Source: Desulfomonilia bacterium (GTDB taxonomy: Bacteria > Desulfobacterota > Desulfomonilia > UBA1062). From it: a stretch of 64,000 nucleotides of DNA. Both the position numbers and the translations under genes were made by a program. A model generated the notes under the pieces. The model saw nothing but the letters and a program-made list of their open reading frames with translations. It made no database searches and was not told the origin of the DNA. The DNA lies in contig CAXXDQ010000003.1 of assembly GCA_963664325.2 (NCBI GenBank), positions 1,024,001 through 1,088,000 on the forward strand, in the 5' to 3' direction. Of this stretch, positions 47,128 through 56,784 are shown in pieces. Within the stretch, counting starts at the first letter, position 1. Every line of letters begins with the position of its first letter.

Positions 47128-50100
47128 CTAATTCCAGATAGTGACAGAGATGTCATCGGAGTACATACTATGCGATATATAAGTAGCACCTCCGGTGCCG
47201 TTCATCCTGAGTGTAATATCCGTTACCACCCGGTTGGGAGCCCAGGAATACTGTGTCCAGGAGTTGTTGCCGCCATAATGGACCCTCTCGGTGGTGCCCT
47301 CGAAAATGCCAGCTAGGTCTGCCGGGAACTTTTCCGCCACGGGGGTATAGAACCAGGCGCTCATTGATATTACAAATTTGCCCGCATAATTGGTTACACT
47401 GGCATAGCCAGACCCGCAATTGCCGAGGAAATTATTACAGTCAGATATCTGATAACCATTTGATCCTGAACGTTTTTGGTTGCCGTTAACTCCCACAGTG
47501 CCCATGTTAGAGCCCTTGTATGCAGTCCATGCGACACCATTGCTGTCGTTCAAGCTGCTCTCCCACCCTGTGGTGTACGTAGCCTGCGACGTGGTAAAGG
47601 TGACCGTATCGGCGGCGCTGCTCGCTTCGCCGTCGTTCACGACAAGGCTGAAGGTATATGTGCCCGGGGTGGCTATGGTGAAGCTCGGGGTCATGGTGTT
47701 GGGATTTGTGATCGTTACCGTCGTACCGGCAGTCTGTGTCCATGCGTAGGTCAGTGTATCGCCGTCAGGGTCCGAACTGCCGTTCCCGTTGAGCGTGACT
47801 GCGCGGTTGGCATAGAGGAGCGCGCTATTACCGGTGCCTGCCTCGGCCGTTGGCGCACGGTTGGATGCGGTGATGGTCATGGTGTCCGCCGCACTGTTCG
47901 TCTCGCCGTCGTTCACGATCAGCTGTATTGTGTACGAACCCGACTTGTCCGGCCTGAACGTCGGGTTCACGATGGTTGTGCTGGAAAGTGCCGCCGTGCT
48001 GCCGGAAGGCCTTGCCGTTACCGACCATGCATAAGTCAGAGCATCGCCGTCCGCGTCTGAGCTGCCGCTGCCGCTCAGGTTCACAAGGGTGTTCTTGTAG
48101 ACGCTCTGGTTTGTGCCAGCCTCGGCCACAGGCGCGCGGTTGGTTGCTGTGACGGTCATTGTGTCAGCCGCGCTGCTCACGGTGCCGTCGTTCACGATCA
48201 ACTGGATCGTGTAAACGCCCTTCTTGTCCGGCGTGAACGTCGGGTTCACGATCGCGGCATTGGAAAGGGTGGCCGTGCTGCCGGAAGGCCTGCCGGTTAT
48301 CGACCATGCATAAGTCAGCGTGTCGGAGTCAGGATCTGAACTGCCGCTGCCGCTCAGGCTGGCCGTTCCGCCGTTTACGAAGCTCTGATTGGCTCCGGCC
48401 TCGGCAGTTGGCGCCCTGTTGGGCACAGTGATGGTCATTGTATCAGTGGTGGTGTTGACGCCGTCGAACACGCTGAGCCGCAGAGTAAATGCGCCCTTCT
48501 TGTCAGGCGTGAAGGTCGGGTTCCAGATGGTCGTGCTTACCGGCTGGGCCGTGCTGCCGGACGGTGCCGAGATGACCGACCATGTCGGGTATAGCGGCTG
48601 GGATTCAGGGTCAACGCCGCTTCCGCTGAGACTTGCGGTCTGGCCCTTGTAGACCGGGTTCTGATCCGGGCCGGCCTCAGCCGTTGGCGGGTCGTTGTAG
48701 GCCGTGATCGTTACGAAGTCAGCCGCGCTTACGTTGACGCCGTCGGATACGGTGAGGCTGATCAGGTATGCGCCCTTTCTGTCAGGTGTAAGGGTCGGGG
48801 CTATTGCATTGACGTTGGAAAGCCCTGCGCTGCTGCCTGACGGTGCTGAAACGATGGCCCATGTGTAAATCAGCGTCTCGTTCTCCGGGTCGTGGCTGCC
48901 GCTGCCGTTGAGCGTTGCGGTCAGGCCCGTGCCGAAGAAGATGCTCTGATCGCTGCCTGCTTCCGCAGTAGGCGCTTCGTTGGGCACTGTGATGGTCATG
49001 GTGTCCGCTGAGCTTGCGTTGACTCCGTCGTTCACGGTCAGGCTCATTACGTATGCGCCTGACTTGTCCGGTGTGAAGGTCGGGTTTGCTATGGCTGCGT
49101 TGGAGAGTGCCGCAACGCTGCCTGCCGGGGCGCTGGTGATGGTCCATGCAAAGGTAAGCGGCTGGGATTCAGGATCGATGCCGCTCCCGTTAAGCGTTGC
49201 CAGCGTGTTCCATACGACTATCTGATCAACGCCTGCCTCGGCCGTCGGGGCCTCGTTGTATGCGGTTATTGTGACGGAATCCGCGGCGCTTACATTGACG
49301 CCGTCGGATACGGTGAGGCTGATCAGGTACACGCCTTTCATATCAGGCGTCAGGCTCGGCGATATCGCGTTGACATCGGATAGTGCGGCTGCACTGCCGA
49401 TAGGGGCGCTTGTTATCGTCCAGTGGTACGTCAGAGGGTCGCCTTCAGGATCGTGGCTTCCGCTCCCGTTAAGGGTGGCCGCCTCTCCCAGGCCGAAGAA
49501 GATGCTCTGGTCGCTGCCTGCTTCAGCAGTCGGCGCATTGTTGGCTACCGTGATCGTGACCGTATCAGGCGCGCTTGAGTTGACTCCATCGTTCACGACG
49601 AGGCTGATCACATACTGTCCCGATTTGTCCGGTGTGAAGGTCGGGGACACCGTGGCCGCGCCGGAAAGTGTTGCTGTGCTGCCTGTCGGGGCGCTGGTGA
49701 TGGTCCATGCGAAGCTGAGAGGCTGGCCTTCAGGATCGAAGCTGCCGTTGCCATTGAGCGTAGCCAGGGTGTTCCAGACAACGTCCTGGTTGGCGCCGGC
49801 ATCGGCCGTTGGCGCTGCGTTGCCAGCGGTTACGGTAAGCGTATCAGCGGAGCTGAAATTGGTTCCATCAGATACGACGAGGCTGAGCACATATTCGCCT
49901 GCCCTGTCCGGTATGAAGCTCGGACCCGCTATAGCCGGATTGCTGAGCGCTACGGTGCTGCCGGCTGGACGTGTAGTGATGGTCCACGCATAGGTAAGCG
50001 TCTGGTTTTCTGGATCGGTGCCGCTTCCGCTAAGCGTTACCACTGCGCCGTAACCGAAGAGCACGTTCTGGTTCGGCCCTGCTTCGGCAGTCGGCGCATT

Positions 50101-53100
50101 GTTGGGCACATTGATTGTGACCGTGTCGGCGGAGCTTGTGTTGACTCCATCGGACACGATGAGGCTGAATACGTAATCGCCGGTCTTGTCCGGTGTGAAG
50201 CTCGGATTTGCGATGGCCGGGTTGGAGAGTGAGGCAAGGCTGCCGGCCGGGGCGCTTGTGATGGTCCACGCATAGGTGAGAGGCTGGGATTCAGGATCAG
50301 TGCCGCTACCGCTGAGCGTTGCCAGTGTGTTCCAGGTGACGGTCTGGTTGTCACCGGCCTCTGCCGTAGGTGCCGCGTTGTAGGCAGTTACGGTTACCGT
50401 GTCAGCGGTGCTTAAGTTGACGCCGTCGGACACGGTGAGGCTTATCACGTATGCGCCCATCTTATCCGGGGTGAAGCTCGGATTCACGATGGCCGGGTTG
50501 CTGAGAGCTACGGTGCTGCCTGCCGGACGCGATGTGATGGTCCACGCATAGGTGAGCGGTTCGCCTTCAGGATCATGGCTGGCACTGCCGTTGAGTGTTG
50601 CAATCGCGCCGTAGCCGAAGAGGACGTTCTGGTCCGCACCGGCATTGGCTATGGGCGCCGTGTTGGGCACCGTGATGGTCATGGTATCCGGGGTGCTGAA
50701 ATTGACTCCGTCGCTAACGACAAGGCTCATTACATACGCGCCTGACTTGTCCGGTGTGAAGGTCGGGTTTGCTATGGCCGCGTTGGAGAGTGCCGCCACG
50801 CTGCCGGCCGGACGTGAGGTGATGGTCCACGCGTATGTGAGAGGCTGGGATTCAGGATCGGTTCCGCTACCGCTGAGCGTTGCCAGCGTGTTCCATGTGA
50901 CCGTCTGGTTGTCACCGGCATTGGCTGTCGGGGCCGCGTTGTAGGCTGTGATTGTTACCGTGTCAGCGGCGCTTGTGTTGACGCCGTCGGATACGGTTAG
51001 GCTCATGACGTAAGCGCCCAGTTTATCCGGTACAAAGGTCGGGTTCGCGATGGCCGGGTTGGAAAGTGCCGCAACGCTGCCGGCCGGTGCGCTGGTGATA
51101 GTCCATGCATAGGTCAGAGGCTGGGATTCAGGATCGTTGCCGCTGCCGCTGAGCGTTGCCGCCGCGCCGTAACCGAAGAGGACGTTCTGATTTGCTCCGG
51201 CCTCTGCCGTCGGTACGAGGTTACCGGACGTGATTGTCATCGTGTCAGGAGCACTTGAGTGGACTCCGTCGTTCACGACGAGGCTCATCACATATGAACC
51301 CATCTTGTCAGGTGTGAATGTCGGGTTTGCGATGGACGTGTTGGAAAGTGCCGCGGTACTGCCGGCCGGTGCGCTGGTTATGGTCCACGCATAGGTGAGA
51401 GGCTGGGACTCTGGATCAATGCCGCTGCCGCTCAGTGTCACGGATGCACCGTAACCGAAGAGGACGCTCTGATCCGCTCCGGCGTTAGCCGTTGGTGCTA
51501 GGTTGCCGGCTGTGACTGATACCGTGTCGGCTGCGCTCAGGTTGACTCCGTCGGATACGACCAGGCTGATTACATACACGCCCTGCTTGTCAGGCGTTAA
51601 GGTCGGATTCACGATGGCCGGATTACTGAGTGCAGCAAGGCTGCCTGAAGGAGCGCTGGTGATGGTCCACGCATAAGTCAGCGGGTCGTTCTCCGGGTCA
51701 TGGCTGGCGCTCCCGTTGAGTGTTGCCGTTGCGCCGTAGCCGAAGAGGATGTTCTGGTCACTGCCTGCTTCCGCTGTTGGTGCCGTGTTGGGTACCGTAA
51801 TTGTTACCGTGTCGGCGGTGCTGAAATTGACGCCGTCGGACACGATGAGGCTCATTACATACGCACCGGTCTTATCCGGTGTGAAGGCCGGGTTGGCGAT
51901 GGCCGCATTGGAGAGCGCCGCATGGCTTCCTGCAGGTGCGCTGGATATGGTCCATGCGTAGGTAAGCGGCTGGGCTTCAGGATCGGTCCCGCTGCCGTTC
52001 AGAGTTGCCAGGGTGTTCCATGCAACCGTCTGGTTCTCACCGGCCTCGGCCGTCGGGGCCACGTTGTAGGCGGTTATGGTGACTGCATCCGGGGCGCTCA
52101 GGTTGACGCCGTCGGATACGACCAGGCTGATCAGGTACGTGCCCTTCTTATCGGGCGTCAGTGTCGGGGAGACCGAGCTCGGGTTAACCAGTGCGGCGCT
52201 GCTGCCGGACGGTGCAGAAACAATCGTCCAGGTATAGGTCAGCGCGTCGTTGTCCGGGTCTGAGCTGCCGCTCCCGTTAAGTGTTGCGGTGGCGCCCAGG
52301 CCGAAGAATATGCTCTGGTCCTCGCCCGCTTCAGCAGTGGGCGCGCGGTTGGGTGCGGTGATGGTCATGGTGTCCGCGGAGCTGAAATTGACTCCATCGG
52401 AAACGATGAGGCTCATTACATAGGCACCCGGCTTATCCGGCGTGAAGCTCGGATTTGCAATGGCTGCGTTGGAGAGTACCGCCACACTGCCTGCCGGGGC
52501 GCTGGTTATGGTCCACGCATAGGTGAGGGGCTGGGATTCAGGATCGGTGCCGCTCCCGTTGAGTGTCGCCATTGTGCCCACGTTGAGAGGATTGATATCC
52601 GCGCCGGCATTGGCCGTTGGTGCCAGGTTGTAGGCGGTTATTGTTACCGTGTCCGCAGCGCTTACATTGACCCCGTCGGATACGGTGAGGCTCAGCACAT
52701 ACGCGCCTTTCTTGTCAGGCGTGAAACTCGGTGCAATTGCTGCCGGATCTGAAAGTGCGGCGCTGCTGCCGACCGGGGCGCTGGTGATGGTCCATGAGTA
52801 GGTCAGCGGATCGCCTTCGGGATCTGAGCTACCGCTCCCGTTAAGGGTTACCGAGGCTCCGAGGCCGAAGAAGATGCTCTGGTCCGCACCGGCTTCGGCC
52901 GTAGGTGCCGTATTGGGAACGGTGATGGTGACAGTATCGCTGGCGCTGTTGACCCCGTCGGATACGGTTAGGGTAAGTACATACGCGCCCGTCTTGTTCG
53001 GAGTGAAGGTCGGGTTTGCGATGGCCGGGTTGGAGAGTGCAGCGGTGCTGCCTGTCGGAGCTGTGGTGATAGCCCAAGCAAAGGTGAGCGGCTGGGCTTC

Positions 53101-56100
53101 GGGATCGGTGCCGCTGCCGTTCAGCGTGGCAAGGGTGTTCCAGGCCACGGTCTGGTTGTCGCCGGCCTCCGCGGTGGGCGGCTGGTTGGTTGCCGTGATC
53201 GTGAGGATATCTGCGGCGCTGTACATGTCGCCGTCGAACACGACCAGGCTGACCGTGTACACGCCCGCCTTATCCGGCAGGAATGTCGGATTCACGATAG
53301 ATGAGCTTGAAAGAGCGGCCGTACTTCCTGCCGGACGGGAGGTAATGGTCCAGGAATAAGTCAGCGGCTGGCTTTCAGGGTCTGAGCTCAGGCTGCCGTC
53401 GAGATTCGCCAGAGCGCCGTAACCATAGATAAGGCTGATATCAGCACCTGCTTCCGCTACAGGCGCATTGTTGGTTACGTTGACTGTCAGAGTATCGGCG
53501 GTGCTTGTCATGACCCCGTCGGACACGACAAGGCTGAGCTCATATACGCCTGACTTGTCCGCTGTAAAGGTCGGATTTGCGATAGCAGCGTTGCTTAGAA
53601 CTGCGGCGCTGCCTGCCGGCTTCGAGATCATGGTCCACGCAAAGGAGAGAGGATAGCCTTCAGGGTCTGTACTGCCGCTTCCGTTCAGGGCTACTGTCTG
53701 GCCGTGAGCCGCGTTTATATCGGTGCCTGCATTGGCCGTAGGTGCCTGATTGGCTGCGGTTACCGTGAGGGTATCGGCGGAGCTGAAGAGATATCCGTCG
53801 CTTACGACAAGGCTGATGACATAAACACCTTGTATATCCGGGATGAAGCTGGCGTTGACATTGGCGGGATTGGTTATCGCAGCAAGGCTGCCCGATGGTG
53901 CCGATATGACTGTCCATGCATAGGTCAATGATGCGCCATCCGGGTCGGAGCTGGCGCTTCCGTCAAGGTTCGCTGCAGCGCCGTAACCGAAGATGATGCT
54001 CTGATCCGATCCGGCCTCGGCCGTTGGCGGATGGTTTGTTACGGTAATGGTTATCGTGTCGGCGGAGCTGAAGAAGGCCCCGTCGGATACGATAAGGCTG
54101 ATCACATAAACGCCTACCAGATCAGGGCTGAAGGTCGGATTCACAAGGCCCGGATTGGTTATGATGGCGCTGCTGCCGGCCGGGGCCGAAGTGATGGTCC
54201 AGGACCATGATATTATCATGGTTCCATTGGGGTCATAGCTTGCGCTGCCGTCAAGAGATGCGGTCTTGCCGGGGAAGCCGAGACTCTGGTCCGCTCCGGC
54301 ATTAGCCACGGGCATGTCGCCGACTGTTAGGGTGAGCGCATCGGCCGGGCTGTAATCGTACCCGTCAAACACGACCAGGGTAATTACATACACGCCTTTC
54401 TTGTCCGGCGTCAGGCTCGGGGTTGCAGTAGAAGGTCCTGTCAGTGCGGCAACGCTGCCGGACGGGGCTGTGGCGATTTCCCATGTATAGGAGAGAGGCA
54501 GGCCTGACGGGGCATGGCTTGCGGTCCCGTCGAAGTTGGCCGTTACGCCGGGGAAGCCGATTTGCTGGTTCGGCCCGGCCTCGGCCGTTGGTCCGGTATT
54601 GACTGCCGTGATGGTAAGGCTGTCAGCGGCGCTGTACATATCTCCGTCATAAACGACAAGGCTGATCACATAGGTGCCTGGCAGGTCCGGGGTGATGGAA
54701 GGATTCACAATGTTGGAGCCGGGAAGAAGTGCTGCATGGCTGCCGTAAGGTGCGCTGGTGATCGTCCACTCATAGGAGAGCGGTGAGGCTTCAGGGTCTG
54801 AGCTTGCGCTTCCGTCAAGGGTTATGGTCTCGCCGGAACCGAATGTGAAGCTGTAGTCAGAGCCCGCTTCGGCCGTAGGTGCGTTGTTGTATACGTTAAT
54901 CTTCATCGTATCCTGGATGCTGTTTGCTTCGCCGTCATTAACGACAAGGCCGATCACGTACTCGCCTTTCCTGTCGGGCAGGAAGGTCGGATTTGCGATT
55001 GCGGTGTTCGATAGCGCGGCAGTGCTGCCGGCCGGGGCCGAGATGATCGTCCAGGCATAGGTCAGCGGGTCGCTGTCCAGGTCGGTTCCGCTCCCGAGGA
55101 GCTGGGCCGTCTTGTTGGGGAAGGCTATGGTGATGTCATCGCCGGCCTCGGCCACGGGTGCGTGGTTTGTGGTAGTGATGACCACCTCATCCGGTGCGCT
55201 TACAATGCCTTCGCTGCATGTCACGATAAGCTGGATGGTATATATGCCCTTCCTGCTTGGCGTGAAAACCGGATTGACGATTGAAGCATTTGAAAGCTGG
55301 CCGATGCCGGTGTCAGGACCGGAAGTTATTGTCCAGGCAAAACTCAGCGAATCGCTGTCCGGGTCTGAGCTGGCGCTGCCGTCGAGCTGGGCCGAAGCGC
55401 CGAATTCGATGGAGGCGTCCGCGCCTGCGTTGGCCACGGGAACGTTGCTGGAGCAGGTTACTATGACCGTGTCCTCGGCGGTAAGGTCGCCGTCGCTCAC
55501 AGTCAGTTTCATTACATATGCGCCCCTTATATCAGGTGTGAAGGTCGGATTTGCGATGGCCGCGTTCGATAGAGCTGCAAGACTGCCGGCCGGGGCCGAG
55601 GTTATCTCCCAGGCAAAAGTCAGGGTGTCGCCGTCCGGGTCTGAGCTCCCGCTCCCGTTGAGTGTGGCGGTTCCACCCAGGGGGACGGTGACATCAGCGC
55701 CGGCATTGGCAACAGGCGCTGTATTGGTTACAGTGATTGTCAGCGTATCCTTGCCGCTGGTAAGAAGGCCGTCGCTCACGATCAGGCCTATTACATAAAC
55801 ACCCGTCTTGTCGGGAGTGAATGTCGGTGTGGCGCTGGTGGGATTTAATATTACGGAGGTGCTGCCGGTTGGTTTCGTGTCGATGGTCCACGCATAGGTC
55901 AGTACGGTTTCAGGGTCCGGATCGGAGCTGCCTGTCCCGTCAAGATGGACTGTCCGGAAGAGGTGGACGGTCTGGTCAGGGCCGGCTTCGGCCGTAGGCG
56001 GACGGTTGCCGGTAGAGGCATTGATGGTGACGGTATCCGTAGCTGTCTTCTCGCCGTCGCTTACTATAAGGGTGACTGTGTATCCGCCCACTAAATCAGG

Positions 56101-56610
56101 CGTAAAGGTCGGATTGACTATATAGGGATCGTCGATCGTGGCGGTGCTGCCTGCCGGCGCAGTGGTGATCGACCAGGTGAAGGTCAGAGGCTGGCTTTCC
56201 GGGTCAGAGCTGGAGCTGCCGTTGAGATGAACCGGGATGCTTGGTGTAGCGTTTTGATCAGGACCTGCATTGGCAATCGGCGGCAGGTTGGTGACCACGT
56301 TCACGTTCCATTGCTTTACGATGATCTTGCCGGAAAGCGAGTCCTTGGTCTGCACCTTCAATATGAAGATGCCCCCGTCCGCTTCAAGGGCCGTGTATTT
56401 ATAAGAGGCCGTTATGGCGCCGGGTATGACCACATTATTTTTGGACCACTCATAAGGCCCGTTCATGAAACCAGACACCGTAAAGGTCTTGCTGGCTCCT
56501 ACGTTCAGTGTGATGGGCACTGATGTTGAAGGGCTGGTGGAAATGATACAGCCGCTCAACCATAGGGCCAAAATGGAAAACATGACCAGCAACATTGAAT
56601 TTCTTCTCAT
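47128..56610 (-). CDS. Giant lipoprotein (about 3160 aa) with 31 PKD-like repeats and variable tip; putative adhesin
   Basis: ATG after GAGGAGG; lipobox LSGC; 31 PxAxAG-initiated units of about 93 aa counted by eye; ends DDISVTIWN. Confidence 0.9.
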   Translation of the reverse strand: MRRNSMLLVMFSILALWLSGCIISTSPSTSVPITLNVGASKTFTVSGFMNGPYEWSKNNVVIPGAITASYKYTALEADGGIFILKVQTKDSLSGKIIVKQWNVNVVTNLPPIANAGPDQNATPSIPVHLNGSSSSDPESQPLTFTWSITTAPAGSTATIDDPYIVNPTFTPDLVGGYTVTLIVSDGEKTATDTVTINASTGNRPPTAEAGPDQTVHLFRTVHLDGTGSSDPDPETVLTYAWTIDTKPTGSTSVILNPTSATPTFTPDKTGVYVIGLIVSDGLLTSGKDTLTITVTNTAPVANAGADVTVPLGGTATLNGSGSSDPDGDTLTFAWEITSAPAGSLAALSNAAIANPTFTPDIRGAYVMKLTVSDGDLTAEDTVIVTCSSNVPVANAGADASIEFGASAQLDGSASSDPDSDSLSFAWTITSGPDTGIGQLSNASIVNPVFTPSRKGIYTIQLIVTCSEGIVSAPDEVVITTTNHAPVAEAGDDITIAFPNKTAQLLGSGTDLDSDPLTYAWTIISAPAGSTAALSNTAIANPTFLPDRKGEYVIGLVVNDGEANSIQDTMKINVYNNAPTAEAGSDYSFTFGSGETITLDGSASSDPEASPLSYEWTITSAPYGSHAALLPGSNIVNPSITPDLPGTYVISLVVYDGDMYSAADSLTITAVNTGPTAEAGPNQQIGFPGVTANFDGTASHAPSGLPLSYTWEIATAPSGSVAALTGPSTATPSLTPDKKGVYVITLVVFDGYDYSPADALTLTVGDMPVANAGADQSLGFPGKTASLDGSASYDPNGTMIISWSWTITSAPAGSSAIITNPGLVNPTFSPDLVGVYVISLIVSDGAFFSSADTITITVTNHPPTAEAGSDQSIIFGYGAAANLDGSASSDPDGASLTYAWTVISAPSGSLAAITNPANVNASFIPDIQGVYVISLVVSDGYLFSSADTLTVTAANQAPTANAGTDINAAHGQTVALNGSGSTDPEGYPLSFAWTMISKPAGSAAVLSNAAIANPTFTADKSGVYELSLVVSDGVMTSTADTLTVNVTNNAPVAEAGADISLIYGYGALANLDGSLSSDPESQPLTYSWTITSRPAGSTAALSSSSIVNPTFLPDKAGVYTVSLVVFDGDMYSAADILTITATNQPPTAEAGDNQTVAWNTLATLNGSGTDPEAQPLTFAWAITTAPTGSTAALSNPAIANPTFTPNKTGAYVLTLTVSDGVNSASDTVTITVPNTAPTAEAGADQSIFFGLGASVTLNGSGSSDPEGDPLTYSWTITSAPVGSSAALSDPAAIAPSFTPDKKGAYVLSLTVSDGVNVSAADTVTITAYNLAPTANAGADINPLNVGTMATLNGSGTDPESQPLTYAWTITSAPAGSVAVLSNAAIANPSFTPDKPGAYVMSLIVSDGVNFSSADTMTITAPNRAPTAEAGEDQSIFFGLGATATLNGSGSSDPDNDALTYTWTIVSAPSGSSAALVNPSSVSPTLTPDKKGTYLISLVVSDGVNLSAPDAVTITAYNVAPTAEAGENQTVAWNTLATLNGSGTDPEAQPLTYAWTISSAPAGSHAALSNAAIANPAFTPDKTGAYVMSLIVSDGVNFSTADTVTITVPNTAPTAEAGSDQNILFGYGATATLNGSASHDPENDPLTYAWTITSAPSGSLAALSNPAIVNPTLTPDKQGVYVISLVVSDGVNLSAADTVSVTAGNLAPTANAGADQSVLFGYGASVTLSGSGIDPESQPLTYAWTITSAPAGSTAALSNTSIANPTFTPDKMGSYVMSLVVNDGVHSSAPDTMTITSGNLVPTAEAGANQNVLFGYGAAATLSGSGNDPESQPLTYAWTITSAPAGSVAALSNPAIANPTFVPDKLGAYVMSLTVSDGVNTSAADTVTITAYNAAPTANAGDNQTVTWNTLATLSGSGTDPESQPLTYAWTITSRPAGSVAALSNAAIANPTFTPDKSGAYVMSLVVSDGVNFSTPDTMTITVPNTAPIANAGADQNVLFGYGAIATLNGSASHDPEGEPLTYAWTITSRPAGSTVALSNPAIVNPSFTPDKMGAYVISLTVSDGVNLSTADTVTVTAYNAAPTAEAGDNQTVTWNTLATLSGSGTDPESQPLTYAWTITSAPAGSLASLSNPAIANPSFTPDKTGDYVFSLIVSDGVNTSSADTVTINVPNNAPTAEAGPNQNVLFGYGAVVTLSGSGTDPENQTLTYAWTITTRPAGSTVALSNPAIAGPSFIPDRAGEYVLSLVVSDGTNFSSADTLTVTAGNAAPTADAGANQDVVWNTLATLNGNGSFDPEGQPLSFAWTITSAPTGSTATLSGAATVSPTFTPDKSGQYVISLVVNDGVNSSAPDTVTITVANNAPTAEAGSDQSIFFGLGEAATLNGSGSHDPEGDPLTYHWTITSAPIGSAAALSDVNAISPSLTPDMKGVYLISLTVSDGVNVSAADSVTITAYNEAPTAEAGVDQIVVWNTLATLNGSGIDPESQPLTFAWTITSAPAGSVAALSNAAIANPTFTPDKSGAYVMSLTVNDGVNASSADTMTITVPNEAPTAEAGSDQSIFFGTGLTATLNGSGSHDPENETLIYTWAIVSAPSGSSAGLSNVNAIAPTLTPDRKGAYLISLTVSDGVNVSAADFVTITAYNDPPTAEAGPDQNPVYKGQTASLSGSGVDPESQPLYPTWSVISAPSGSTAQPVSTTIWNPTFTPDKKGAFTLRLSVFDGVNTTTDTMTITVPNRAPTAEAGANQSFVNGGTASLSGSGSSDPDSDTLTYAWSITGRPSGSTATLSNAAIVNPTFTPDKKGVYTIQLIVNDGTVSSAADTMTVTATNRAPVAEAGTNQSVYKNTLVNLSGSGSSDADGDALTYAWSVTARPSGSTAALSSTTIVNPTFRPDKSGSYTIQLIVNDGETNSAADTMTITASNRAPTAEAGTGNSALLYANRAVTLNGNGSSDPDGDTLTYAWTQTAGTTVTITNPNTMTPSFTIATPGTYTFSLVVNDGEASSAADTVTFTTSQATYTTGWESSLNDSNGVAWTAYKGSNMGTVGVNGNQKRSGSNGYQISDCNNFLGNCGSGYASVTNYAGKFVISMSAWFYTPVAEKFPADLAGIFEGTTERVHYGGNNSWTQYSWAPNRVVTDITLRMNGTGGATYISHSMYSDDISVTIWN

Positions 56611-56741
56611 CGGATCCTCCTCAATTTTGTATGCATGCAACCATAACGGATGCATGCCCTTTTAAATTCCCTGAAACCCCTCTAACCAAGTTATATATAT
56701 TGAATAAATAATTCCTTATTTCTTATCTCTTGCAAATCAAT

Positions 56742-56770
56742 CAGGGGAAAGGCCTGCGGCCTTCCCCCTG
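56742..56770 (-). terminator. Intergenic hairpin / putative terminator
   Basis: CAGGGGAAAGGCC-TGC-GGCCTTCCCCCTG. Confidence 0.6.
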
Positions 56771-56784
56771 TTCTGCATCAAGTT

